Assembly (NCBI GenBank): GCA_041651155.1 | Contig: JBAZJU010000006.1 | Coordinates: 4,638-68,637 of the forward strand | Source: Patescibacteria group bacterium | GTDB taxonomy: Bacteria > Patescibacteriota > Patescibacteriia > CAIXNZ01 | Reading direction: 5' to 3' | DNA: 64,000 nucleotides | Shown here: positions 9,411 to 17,989 of the stretch, piece by piece | Numbering within the stretch: position 1 is the first letter of the stretch | How the letters are laid out: the number at the start of each line of letters is the position of its first letter | Program-made: the position numbers and the translations under genes | Notes under the pieces: model-generated | The model's input: only the letters and a program-made list of their open reading frames with translations | What the model was told of the DNA's origin: nothing | The model's database searches: none

Positions 9411-9896
9411 ATGGCATGGGATACAATTTTAGCTTCTATAGGAGGCGCGATTATTGGCGCTTTTATAGCAAGTTATATTTCTTACAGAATTTATAAAAAG
9501 CAGGTTTTAAGAGGACATTATAATGATATTGCCCTAAGGATACAAAAAGCTATTACATTATCTCCAATATTGAATAATCCTGGCTTTAAAGATTCTGATA
9601 GATTTAATGCAAAATTAGAGATAGATACACTCTTAAACCAAATTTGGGCCCTTTCCTTGATTGGCTTGCCAGACAAGATTTTTCAAAAATTAGATAATTT
9701 ATTTCCAAAAAGTGGTTCTGCTGCAGTTACTCCTCAAAATTTAAATCAGTTTTATTTTGAACTGAGGAAATCATTAAATAGGTGGACAAAAGTAGATTTA
9801 CAAAATATACTCAATAGGTTTATTTCAATTTCACATAGACCCTCGAAAGAAGAAACTGAAAATGAATCCCAAAAAAATAAAACCGAAAAAGTATAA
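9411..9896 (+). CDS. Hypothetical membrane protein (one N-terminal TM helix)
   Basis: 161 aa. Very AT-rich; precedes the trypsin-like protease with a 26-nt gap. Confidence 0.55.
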   Translation: MAWDTILASIGGAIIGAFIASYISYRIYKKQVLRGHYNDIALRIQKAITLSPILNNPGFKDSDRFNAKLEIDTLLNQIWALSLIGLPDKIFQKLDNLFPKSGSAAVTPQNLNQFYFELRKSLNRWTKVDLQNILNRFISISHRPSKEETENESQKNKTEKV

Positions 9897-9922
9897 TAAT
9901 TTTTTAAGATAATTTTAAATTT

Positions 9923-10636
9923 ATGAACCAATCAAGCCATATCCAACAAATTAATATTTTACCAGTTTGTGCAGGGGTACGCGCGGTAGGATTAGTAAGA
10001 CCCAGATTTGATCCTATACAGCAGGGTTTTTTACCGCCTCAATTAGATGTAATAGGAACAGCCTTTCTGTTAAAAGGCTATGAGGTAATAATCACTTGCG
10101 AGCATGTTGTAAGAGATTTTGTAAATAATCCTACTGAAATAATCGGAATGCTTGTAATAGGGAAACAAGGAATTTATTTTCCAGTTTCGATTGATTCTAC
10201 TGATTTTGCCCACGATTTAGCAATTCTAAGGTTTAGGAAAAATCCTAATATAACAGATGAAAAATTTAAAGAATTTTTAGGTAATGAATTCTCCACTGGT
10301 CTTGAATTAACAGATAGATATCCCGATGTATCAACTAAAGTTGGTTACGCAGGCTACCCTATGGGTACTCAATTATTGAATCAAAAACACGATCCCACAT
10401 ATTCAGAAGGGGTTGTGGGTATAAAATTGTGCGAGACAGATATCAGGAAAGAAATTAGGATAACAGGACCAGTTGCGGGAGGATTTAGTGGCTCGCCAAT
10501 TGTATTGAAAGAAAGTCCACAAAAAGTTATAGCAGCGCTTGCAAATAGCCCAACTAAAGAAGCAGGTGATGCAAATATTTTTTCTGGGATTTCATGGGAA
10601 CATATTAAGGCTATAGCAACCTTGGCAAAGTCATAA
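9923..10636 (+). CDS. Trypsin-like (S1/chymotrypsin-fold) serine protease, apparently cytoplasmic (no signal peptide)
   Basis: Catalytic-triad-like motifs TCEHVV (His), AHDLAIL (Asp), GGFSGSPIV (Ser, cf. GDSGGP). Confidence 0.6.
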   Translation: MNQSSHIQQINILPVCAGVRAVGLVRPRFDPIQQGFLPPQLDVIGTAFLLKGYEVIITCEHVVRDFVNNPTEIIGMLVIGKQGIYFPVSIDSTDFAHDLAILRFRKNPNITDEKFKEFLGNEFSTGLELTDRYPDVSTKVGYAGYPMGTQLLNQKHDPTYSEGVVGIKLCETDIRKEIRITGPVAGGFSGSPIVLKESPQKVIAALANSPTKEAGDANIFSGISWEHIKAIATLAKS

Positions 10637-10741
10637 TAATTAATTTAGATTTTTTTATATTTATTTTTGTCCCAACAAAACCAACCTGGCTTGGGCCAAG
10701 GTAAATCGCAACTAAATTAATATTAAAATAAAATAATTTTT

Positions 10742-10951
10742 ATGCCAATTATTGTAAATTATGAAAAATGCTGCTGGAAAGACGGCAAATGCACAGGTTG
10801 CAGCTGCGGCGGGACTTGTGTAGGCTGCGTTGAAATCTGCGCGAATCAGGCGATTACACGAGAAGATATTGTTAAAATTGATAAGAGCGCTTGCACTGAA
10901 TGCGGGGCATGTATTGCTGCCTGCAAACATGGCGCCTTGTCAATGGAATAA
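10742..10951 (+). CDS. 4Fe-4S ferredoxin-like protein (2 Cys clusters)
   Basis: 69 aa. CTGCSCGGTCVGC and CTECGACIAAC (CxxCxxCxxxC). Confidence 0.7.
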   Translation: MPIIVNYEKCCWKDGKCTGCSCGGTCVGCVEICANQAITREDIVKIDKSACTECGACIAACKHGALSME

Positions 10952-11005
10952 TTTAATTCAAAATAATTTAATTTTACGGATCAGCCTTTAATACTAACTC
11001 AAATT

Positions 11006-11857
11006 ATGCAAAAGCAAATTATTATTAAATTACATAAGAATTTTGAGGATTGCTCCCATGAAAATGACGGTGTGGAGTTTTGGTATGCTAGAGAATTACA
11101 AAGTCTTCTAGGCTATGATCGTTGGGAGAATTTTGAAAATGCCATAAAAAAGGCTAAAATCGCCTGCGAAAACTCAAAACAAAATACTGCTGATCATTTT
11201 CGTGACGTCACGAAAACGATCCCTATGCCCAAAGAAGCGAGCAAGGGAATACCCGATATTATGCTTACCCGTTATGCATGTTATCTTATAGCTCAAAATG
11301 GTGACCCAAGGAAAGATGAAATCGCTTTTGCCATGACCTATTTTGCTGTGCAGACCAGGAAACAAGAAGTTGTGGAACAAAGAATAGAACAATGGGAAAG
11401 ATTGCAGGCGCGAGAAAAGCTTTCATTGTCTGAAAAAGAATTGTCAGGAGTTTTGTTTGAACGAGGAGTAGATGGCGCCGGGTTTGCCCGAATTCGCAGT
11501 AAAGGAGACGCGGCATTATTTGGCGGTCACACGACTCAAGAGATGAAAAGTAAGCTGGGAGTTGCGGATAATAGACCATTAGCTGATTTCTTGCCCCGCG
11601 TGACAATTAAAGCCAAGGATTTGGCGAATGAAATTACCAGTTTTAATGTTAAACGAGATAAGTCTTTGAAGGGCGAAACGCCAATTACCTCTGAACATGT
11701 GAAAAATAACCAAAATATCCGCGAGGTTTTAGACAAAAGCGGAATTAGACCTGAAGCCTTGCCTCCGGAAGAAGATATTAAAAAATTAGAACGGAAATTG
11801 AAATCTGAAGATAAAAAATTGCCAAAGAATGTTAAAAAATTAAGTAATAAAAAATAA
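11006..11857 (+). CDS. DinD (DNA-damage-inducible protein D)/Bro-N-like domain protein with Lys-rich C-terminal tail
   Basis: EFWYARELQSLLGYDRWENFENAIKKAKIACENS ... LTRYACYLIAQNGDPRK resembles the DinD/RhuM-type N-terminal domain as I recall it; not verified by search. Confidence 0.55.
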   Translation: MQKQIIIKLHKNFEDCSHENDGVEFWYARELQSLLGYDRWENFENAIKKAKIACENSKQNTADHFRDVTKTIPMPKEASKGIPDIMLTRYACYLIAQNGDPRKDEIAFAMTYFAVQTRKQEVVEQRIEQWERLQAREKLSLSEKELSGVLFERGVDGAGFARIRSKGDAALFGGHTTQEMKSKLGVADNRPLADFLPRVTIKAKDLANEITSFNVKRDKSLKGETPITSEHVKNNQNIREVLDKSGIRPEALPPEEDIKKLERKLKSEDKKLPKNVKKLSNKK

Positions 11858-11911
11858 TTTAATTTTACGGATCAACCAAATCAAATAATATGCGAATGAT
11901 TATTTAAATTT

Positions 11912-12298
11912 ATGAATAACAAAGAAAATCCAATACCAATCTCGCACGGAAATGAAATAAATATACAAAAGCTAATTGATACTATAAAAGAAAAGTCATC
12001 AATGCTCGAAGAAATGCATACAGATATTGTTAAACAGATAGAAGATAAAGAAGCGCTTTACAATAGAGAGTTTATGAAATCTGCAAGTAAAATAAATTAT
12101 GGCTTGATAGCTGACTTAACTGAAGAAATTGAGACATTAAATGATATAGAAAAGAAAATTTTTGATGATCTACTTGAAGCTGAAGATTTATTGCAAGAAG
12201 GTGCAGAAAGCTTAAGAGATTATCAAGAATTGTCAGATTTGATTGAGAAAATAACTTTTTTAGAAAAATTGCTTAAAGCAGAACCAGGCAATAAATAA
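11912..12298 (+). CDS. Hypothetical coiled-coil protein
   Basis: 128 aa, acidic, heptad-like. Confidence 0.5.
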   Translation: MNNKENPIPISHGNEINIQKLIDTIKEKSSMLEEMHTDIVKQIEDKEALYNREFMKSASKINYGLIADLTEEIETLNDIEKKIFDDLLEAEDLLQEGAESLRDYQELSDLIEKITFLEKLLKAEPGNK

Positions 12299-12332
12299 TC
12301 ATTAATATTAAAAAAAATATTTTTAAAATAAC

Positions 12333-13118
12333 ATGATATTAAAACATCCGGATCTATCTCCTGATTATCCTATAATTGACCGAAGAAGAACTGAAAAATT
12401 ATATAAAGATGAATTTAAAAGGCATTTGCGGGCTTATGATTTAACCCCCGCTGATTTGCAGGGTAAAAGAATTTTGGATATTGCCAGCGGGTTAGAATTG
12501 TATTTTCCCATCGCGGCTGCCATGGCTGGTTTTGAGAATGTCTATTCTCTGGATATTAGAAAAACACCGCTTATTCAAAAAGCAGAGGCTCTGCATTATC
12601 ATGAGGCTAAATTATATCCTCATCTTAGGCGAGTCAAAGAAAACATACCGCCCAAAATTTTAGAAAGTGTTAAACAGAAATATGTTCAGGCCAACGCTGA
12701 GAAGCTGCCATTTAAAGACCAATCATTTGATCTGATTCTTTCCAGATATGCCATTCCATTGATCCTTTTACCTGAAAGAAAAAAAGCGGCCAGGCAGGCA
12801 ATCCAGGAAATTTTGCGGGTTTTAAAAAATAATGGCCAATTCAGATTTTTTAGCGTTGAGGAAAATTTTTCTCTAAAAGAAAATATCCCCAAGGAATTAG
12901 AAAAATTTTTGGTTAAGTTTATGGCCAAAAACGTCGCGCTTAATGAATTATTGGAAAAAATGGCCCAGGAAAAACTTTTAGAATATGAAACAAAAAATGT
13001 CTATCAGAAAACAACCAAATATTTCCGGCCAAAAAATAAAGAGGGATTATTAGCCTATCAAAATATCCGTCAGATGAAGATTATTAGAAAAGTTAAAGCC
13101 ACAGAAAAAAGGAAATAA
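12333..13118 (+). CDS. Class I SAM-dependent methyltransferase-like protein
   Basis: Motif I RILDIASG, post-I SLDI, motif II-like LPFKDQSFDLILS. Confidence 0.55.
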   Translation: MILKHPDLSPDYPIIDRRRTEKLYKDEFKRHLRAYDLTPADLQGKRILDIASGLELYFPIAAAMAGFENVYSLDIRKTPLIQKAEALHYHEAKLYPHLRRVKENIPPKILESVKQKYVQANAEKLPFKDQSFDLILSRYAIPLILLPERKKAARQAIQEILRVLKNNGQFRFFSVEENFSLKENIPKELEKFLVKFMAKNVALNELLEKMAQEKLLEYETKNVYQKTTKYFRPKNKEGLLAYQNIRQMKIIRKVKATEKRK

Positions 13119-13145
13119 ATGTTATAAATAAATAATTTAAAATCC

Positions 13146-13838
13146 ATGAAAAAGCTTCTTATTATTTTCGCTTTCATTGTTTTACTAGCCGGCTGTTCTT
13201 TGCAGTCTATTTTCAAGCCAAATCAACCCATTGCCAATCTTAACCAGCCCCAGTTTATCACAAATTTTAAGGAATGCGCCGCAACTGGTAATCCGGTTAT
13301 GGAAAGTTATCCCAGGCAATGCCGCGCTAATGACCAGACTTTTACGGAAATTTTAGCCAAAGTGGGTGATAGTTGTATTCAAAGCGCTGATTGCCAGTTG
13401 CCTATGGACTATGCTGCTCGTTCCAATTGTCCGTACAAGGCTTATTGTTATAAGCAGAAATGCGCAGTGGGCTGTCCTTCGTGGGCGGAAAAAACCAATA
13501 CCTGGGAGGTAAAATGTCAGACTGATAAAGATTGTAATTGTGCCAGCTGGAATGAACAGACAAATTATATTTGCGCTTGTGTTGACAATCAATGCGCTTC
13601 TATTGTTTCTGAGCCGGGCTCTGAACAACAACCCGGTCCGGTCTCCGGGGATTATGCTGGCGATTGCGTTAAAAATAATGGTACCTGGCTGGATCAATAT
13701 CAGGAATGCGAATATACTAACCAGACATGGTGTGAAAAATTCGGCGGGGTTTTTAAAGAGTGTGAATCAGCTTGCCGTCATGATCCGCAGGCACAAGTGT
13801 GCACCCTGCAATGCGTGCCAGTCTGCCAGTTTAAATAA
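13146..13838 (+). CDS. Cys-rich lipoprotein (lipobox LLAGCS)
   Basis: Signal MKKLLIIFAFIVLLAGCSLQ; 26 Cys in mature part. Confidence 0.65.
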   Translation: MKKLLIIFAFIVLLAGCSLQSIFKPNQPIANLNQPQFITNFKECAATGNPVMESYPRQCRANDQTFTEILAKVGDSCIQSADCQLPMDYAARSNCPYKAYCYKQKCAVGCPSWAEKTNTWEVKCQTDKDCNCASWNEQTNYICACVDNQCASIVSEPGSEQQPGPVSGDYAGDCVKNNGTWLDQYQECEYTNQTWCEKFGGVFKECESACRHDPQAQVCTLQCVPVCQFK

Positions 13839-13852
13839 ATAATTTTAAATCC

Positions 13853-14278
13853 ATGAAAAAGCTTTTTATCATTTTTGCTTTTATTGTTTTGCTAGCCGGC
13901 TGTTCTTTGCAGCCAATCACCAAACCAAATCAGTTGCCTAATAACACCAATCAACGCGCCTGCACTCAGGAAGCTAAACTTTGTCCTGATGGTTCAGCTG
14001 TGGGACGAACTGGCTCTAATTGCGAATTTGCGCCTTGTCCGGAAGTTAATTCTGCACTTTCTGAAGCAGAAGCCCGCGCTATTGCAGAAAAGGCCTGCAT
14101 TAAAGGCGGTGAGGCATTAAGCGCAGGAACTTATAATGCCATTACTAAAACCTGGTGGTTTGATGCTAATTTAAATGCTACCAAGCCAGGCTGCAATCCT
14201 GCTTGCGTGGTCAGTGAAACCACCAAAACTGCTGAAATAAACTGGCGCTGTACTGGCCTAATTCCGCCAAATCAATAA
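13853..14278 (+). CDS. Cys-containing lipoprotein; 5' end including upstream 18 nt is a near-identical duplicate of the preceding gene's signal-peptide region
   Basis: Signal MKKLFIIFAFIVLLAGCSLQ. DNA aataatttaaaatccatgaaaaagct... is repeated at 13128 and 13835. Confidence 0.65.
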   Translation: MKKLFIIFAFIVLLAGCSLQPITKPNQLPNNTNQRACTQEAKLCPDGSAVGRTGSNCEFAPCPEVNSALSEAEARAIAEKACIKGGEALSAGTYNAITKTWWFDANLNATKPGCNPACVVSETTKTAEINWRCTGLIPPNQ

Positions 14279-14323
14279 ATCTAATACCTATTACTAATTA
14301 CTTATTACTAATTACCAACATTT

Positions 14324-14620
14324 ATGGATCAACCTAATCAACAGGGTCAGCAACAAATCAATGTTAAGGCCGTTGACGAAATCCTGGCTGGTAAGTATAC
14401 TAATATGATGCAGGTAGCGCACACTAAAGAAGAATTTGTCCTGGATTTTATGAATATTCTGCCGCCCCAGGGAATTTTAAATGCCAGAGTTATTACCAGC
14501 CCGGGCCACATGAAAAGAATTATTAAAGCCTTACAGGATAATATGGAAAAATATGAGCAGTCATTTGGCTCAATTAATGAGGCTGAGGCGCCTAAAGGCA
14601 CGCCATTTCCGATTATTTAG
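14324..14620 (+). CDS. DUF3467-like small protein
   Basis: 98 aa. Motif YTNMMQVAHTKEEFVLDF as in DUF3467 family members; recollection only. Confidence 0.5.
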   Translation: MDQPNQQGQQQINVKAVDEILAGKYTNMMQVAHTKEEFVLDFMNILPPQGILNARVITSPGHMKRIIKALQDNMEKYEQSFGSINEAEAPKGTPFPII

Positions 14621-14719
14621 GAGAGCTGAACCACTAAATTTTTATCACAAAACTCACTAAAAAAACATTTTGTGTTTTTTGTGAATTAATTTCGTGGTTC
14701 AGAAATTCATTTAAAAACT

Positions 14720-15820
14720 ATGCCTAATTTTGAACCAAAATTTGAACAACCAACAAAAACCAGCTTTGATTATGAGCAAGCGGCTCTTTTGGCGCGACAA
14801 AAAATTGAATTGGAAACCAGCCAGGACAAGCAAAAAAAAGCCCAGGTTAAAAGAGAAATCAAAGAAACTTATGGCGCTGAAGGCCAGGCTGGGCGCAGAA
14901 TTTTTGATTTGGAATTGGCAAAACAAAGATTAGAATTGGAAAAGGAAAAATCATTGGGGGAAGGAGAAATTAAATTAAAGGTTGATAAAAGGCAGATTGA
15001 TTTTGACAAAAATACACAAAGTTTTGATTACCCGACAGAAAAAGGATTTACACAAAAAGTCAGCCAGGGCGATTTACTGGCTGATATTAATTGGGGTTTG
15101 TATTATGGATTAAGTCACGATGTGCCAAAAGAATTTAAGGACCAATACATTGAAGCTGTCTATGATCGGGAAATCGCTAAAATATTTGACCAGCAATTAA
15201 TTATTCAGCGCCGTGAGCTTGAACGCGATCAGATTGATGATCTTTTGGACAGGACGTATCAGATAATCGGCGTTAATCTGGAAAGCAAAGGCAGTGAATC
15301 AGCCGGACTGCTTTTTGAAAAAATGATTAAAAATATTTTAAGCAAAGTAGCAATTGATTTGAAAAAATACGGCTTGAAAATCGAGCCGGCCACAGTTATT
15401 GAAGACGTAGAGGAAAAAATTGATTTTATAATCAAACATAAAAAGAATCGCGGGGTTGGTTTTGAAGAAATAAAAGAATCAGAAGGCGCGGAAGAAACAC
15501 TAGGCATCCAGTTTACTTTGAAAAGCGCCAAATCAGAAGATTTTAAGCATAAGCAAAGACAGGTAGCCAGGGCGCTTGAAAAACCGCATGAAATTGATGA
15601 TTTGGTTTTAATTTCAGTGCCAGTTGAACACGATGTGATTTTTGGCAATTATAAAAAATGGCAAAAGCATGACAAGCTGCCTGGCGGCCCGGAAAATTGT
15701 TTTAAGCCAGAGGTCATTGTTAATTTTATAAAAGAGATATTGAAAAATACAGATTTGGCCAAGGATGATGACTTTTTGCAAGATGTTAAGGAATATTTTG
15801 AAGGGAAAAGGGGGAATTAG
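14720..15820 (+). CDS. Hypothetical protein (366 aa, charged, coiled-coil N-terminus)
   Basis: Long ORF with coding-like composition; no confident domain. The segment DVEEKIDFIIKHKK could be a PD-(D/E)xK-like motif but this is speculative. Confidence 0.55.
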   Translation: MPNFEPKFEQPTKTSFDYEQAALLARQKIELETSQDKQKKAQVKREIKETYGAEGQAGRRIFDLELAKQRLELEKEKSLGEGEIKLKVDKRQIDFDKNTQSFDYPTEKGFTQKVSQGDLLADINWGLYYGLSHDVPKEFKDQYIEAVYDREIAKIFDQQLIIQRRELERDQIDDLLDRTYQIIGVNLESKGSESAGLLFEKMIKNILSKVAIDLKKYGLKIEPATVIEDVEEKIDFIIKHKKNRGVGFEEIKESEGAEETLGIQFTLKSAKSEDFKHKQRQVARALEKPHEIDDLVLISVPVEHDVIFGNYKKWQKHDKLPGGPENCFKPEVIVNFIKEILKNTDLAKDDDFLQDVKEYFEGKRGN

Positions 15821-15825
15821 GTTGG

Positions 15826-15935
15826 GTGAAAAGCCCATTTGTCATTCAGAACGAAGTGAAGAATCTATTACATCCAGTATCCCACGCTATGCTTTGAATG
15901 ACATAAGGACAAAGGGGCTTTTCGCCTTTAATTGA
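15826..15935. repeat. ~110-nt hairpin (MITE/REP-like) repeat family C copy 1, between hypothetical gene and dnaJ
   Basis: Shares ttgtcattcRgaaYgaagtgaRgaatctattacWtccag ... ctgaatgaca ... acaaaRgggc with copy at 25886-25995; arms are reverse complements (aaaagccc/gggctttt). Confidence 0.55.
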
Positions 15936-15941
15936 ATTATT

Positions 15942-17078
15942 ATGGGAAAAGATTACTACAATATTTTAGGCGTGGCAAAAAGCGCTTCCAAAGACGAGAT
16001 TAAAAAAGCCTTTCGCGAGAAGGCTCATGTTTTTCATCCAGATAAACCAGGCGGCGATGAAAAGAAATTTAAAGAAATCAATGAGGCTTACCAGGTTTTG
16101 AATAATGATCAGAAAAGGCAGCAATATGACCAGTTTGGAGCGACTTTTGATCAACAAGGCGGTTTTGGCGGTGGTATGGGTTGGGAAGATTTTATGCGCG
16201 CAGCCAGGCAAGGTGGGGGAACTTACAACAATGTTGATGTGGATATGGGAGATTTAGGTGATATTTTGGGTGATTTGTTTGGCGGTGGTTTTGGGTTTGG
16301 CGGAAATACGCGCAGACGCAAGACGACCACGCGCGGCCGTGACATTGAAGTTGATTTAAATCTTGATTTTAAAGAAGCTGTTTTTGGTACTGATAAAACA
16401 ATTGAATTATACAAATTAACCGCCTGCGATAGGTGTAATGGCAATGGCGCTGAGCCAGACACCAAGATTTCTGAATGCCAGGCCTGCAAGGGCCAGGGCA
16501 ATGTGCGTACTGTCCAGCGCACGATTTTGGGTCATATTCAGACAGTCAGAGATTGTCCTGAGTGCGGAGGCGAAGGCAAAAAGCCGGAAAAAGCCTGCAC
16601 AAAATGTGGCGGTACAGGCAGAACAAAGCAAAAAACAGATATTAATGTAAAAATACCAGCTGGCATTGATAATGGCATGAGTTTGAAAATGTCAGGCGCT
16701 GGCGAGGCTGGGATTAAAGGCGGTAAGGCAGGAGATTTATACCTTCATATTCATGTTAAGCCGGATCCATATTTTAAACGTGAAAATAATAATATTTTAA
16801 CCTCAATTGAAATACCATTTAGCGCTGCTTCCTTAGGCGCAAAAATTCCAGTTAAGACTATTGATGGCGAAGTTGAACTCAAAATTCCTGCTGGAACCCA
16901 GTCAGGCAATGTTTTTATTTTACGGGGCAAAGGCGCGCCTCATTTTCAGCATTATGGCTCGTCTTGGCCGAAGCCAGGCAAAGGCGATCAATTGGTGACA
17001 GTTAATATTAAAACCCCGGAACATTTGAGTAAAAAGCAAAAGGAATTGTTGGAGGAATTGAGGGGCGAGGGGATTTAA
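15942..17078 (+). CDS. dnaJ: Molecular chaperone DnaJ
   Basis: J-domain with HPD, Gly/Phe region, four CxxCxGxG zinc-finger repeats, C-terminal domains. Confidence 0.95.
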   Translation: MGKDYYNILGVAKSASKDEIKKAFREKAHVFHPDKPGGDEKKFKEINEAYQVLNNDQKRQQYDQFGATFDQQGGFGGGMGWEDFMRAARQGGGTYNNVDVDMGDLGDILGDLFGGGFGFGGNTRRRKTTTRGRDIEVDLNLDFKEAVFGTDKTIELYKLTACDRCNGNGAEPDTKISECQACKGQGNVRTVQRTILGHIQTVRDCPECGGEGKKPEKACTKCGGTGRTKQKTDINVKIPAGIDNGMSLKMSGAGEAGIKGGKAGDLYLHIHVKPDPYFKRENNNILTSIEIPFSAASLGAKIPVKTIDGEVELKIPAGTQSGNVFILRGKGAPHFQHYGSSWPKPGKGDQLVTVNIKTPEHLSKKQKELLEELRGEGI

Positions 17079-17234
17079 ATTTTTAGGCAAAAAATGCAAC
17101 GGAACTCTTCTTCTTGTAGGCGCGATATCGTTATCGCGCCTTCGTTGTGGAATAAAGGGCATTTTTTGCCTAGAATTTTGTTTGACAGGTGATTTTATGC
17201 TATAATAAAGCCAAGAAAATTAAATATCCACAGT

Positions 17235-17759
17235 ATGGATTTTTTAACCAATATTAACTGGGCGCAGCCTAATTGGGATTTATTTATAATCTTGTTTTTT
17301 GTGGTGGCTGCCTTTTTATACGGCCTATCTTTAGGCCGCGACCGCGTGATTGTGATTTTGGTCAGCATTTATATGGGCTTGGCCATAGTTAACACAGCTC
17401 CTTATTTAAATGATTTTAGCGCTGAGATCAACTTTAACAATGCCTCAATTTTTAAAGTCACGATTTTTCTGGGCATTTTTATTGCCTTGTTTTTTCTGCT
17501 ATCGCGCAGCGCTTTACTCCACACTATTGCCGCCTCTGACAGCCCTGGACGATGGTGGCAGTCAATTTTGTTTTCTTTTTTCCATGTAGGACTAATGATT
17601 AGCATTGTGATGGCTTATTTGCCTAAAGAGGTAGTTAACAATGTTTCTGAGGGCATGAGGAATTTATTTATTTCTGATCCGGCGAAGTTTTTCTGGCTGG
17701 TTGCGCCGATTGTGGTGATGGTTTTGATTAGGAAGAGTAAGAAGAGTATAGAAGGGTAG
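17235..17759 (+). CDS. Hypothetical integral membrane protein (about 5 TM)
   Basis: 174 aa, hydrophobic. Confidence 0.6.
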   Translation: MDFLTNINWAQPNWDLFIILFFVVAAFLYGLSLGRDRVIVILVSIYMGLAIVNTAPYLNDFSAEINFNNASIFKVTIFLGIFIALFFLLSRSALLHTIAASDSPGRWWQSILFSFFHVGLMISIVMAYLPKEVVNNVSEGMRNLFISDPAKFFWLVAPIVVMVLIRKSKKSIEG

Positions 17760-17787
17760 GATGAGGAAATGACAAATAACAAATACC

Positions 17788-17831
17788 AAACCTTCGTTTG
17801 CCGTAGCAAACTACGGTTTGCAAAGGCAAAT
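17788..17831. repeat. Structured repeat family B copy 1: aaaccttcg-[hairpin ccgtagc/ctacgg]-tttgcaaaggcaaat preceded by caaat-rich tract
   Basis: Second copy at 21226-21270 has identical flanks but a different, still self-complementary stem (gtcccgc/gcgggac). Confidence 0.5.
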
Positions 17832-17935
17832 GACTCGTCTCGGCTTCAGATTTAAAGAGTAGAAATTTAACTTTTTTAAATCCGAGCCGAAGTCGGACAA
17901 AATAAATTCAAATTCCAAATTTTAAATCACAAAAA

Positions 17936-17986
17936 ATTCGTATATTCGCCTGCCGGCAGGCAGGTACTGATCCGTAATTCGTAGGA
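17936..17986. repeat. Intergenic repeat family A copy 3 (short form: ttcgtatattcgcctgccggcaggcaggtactgatccgtaattcgtagga) ending 3 nt before start codon at 17990
   Basis: Shares both flanks and the GC palindrome core with 448-524 and 5536-5610. Confidence 0.55.
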
Positions 17987-17989
17987 TTT

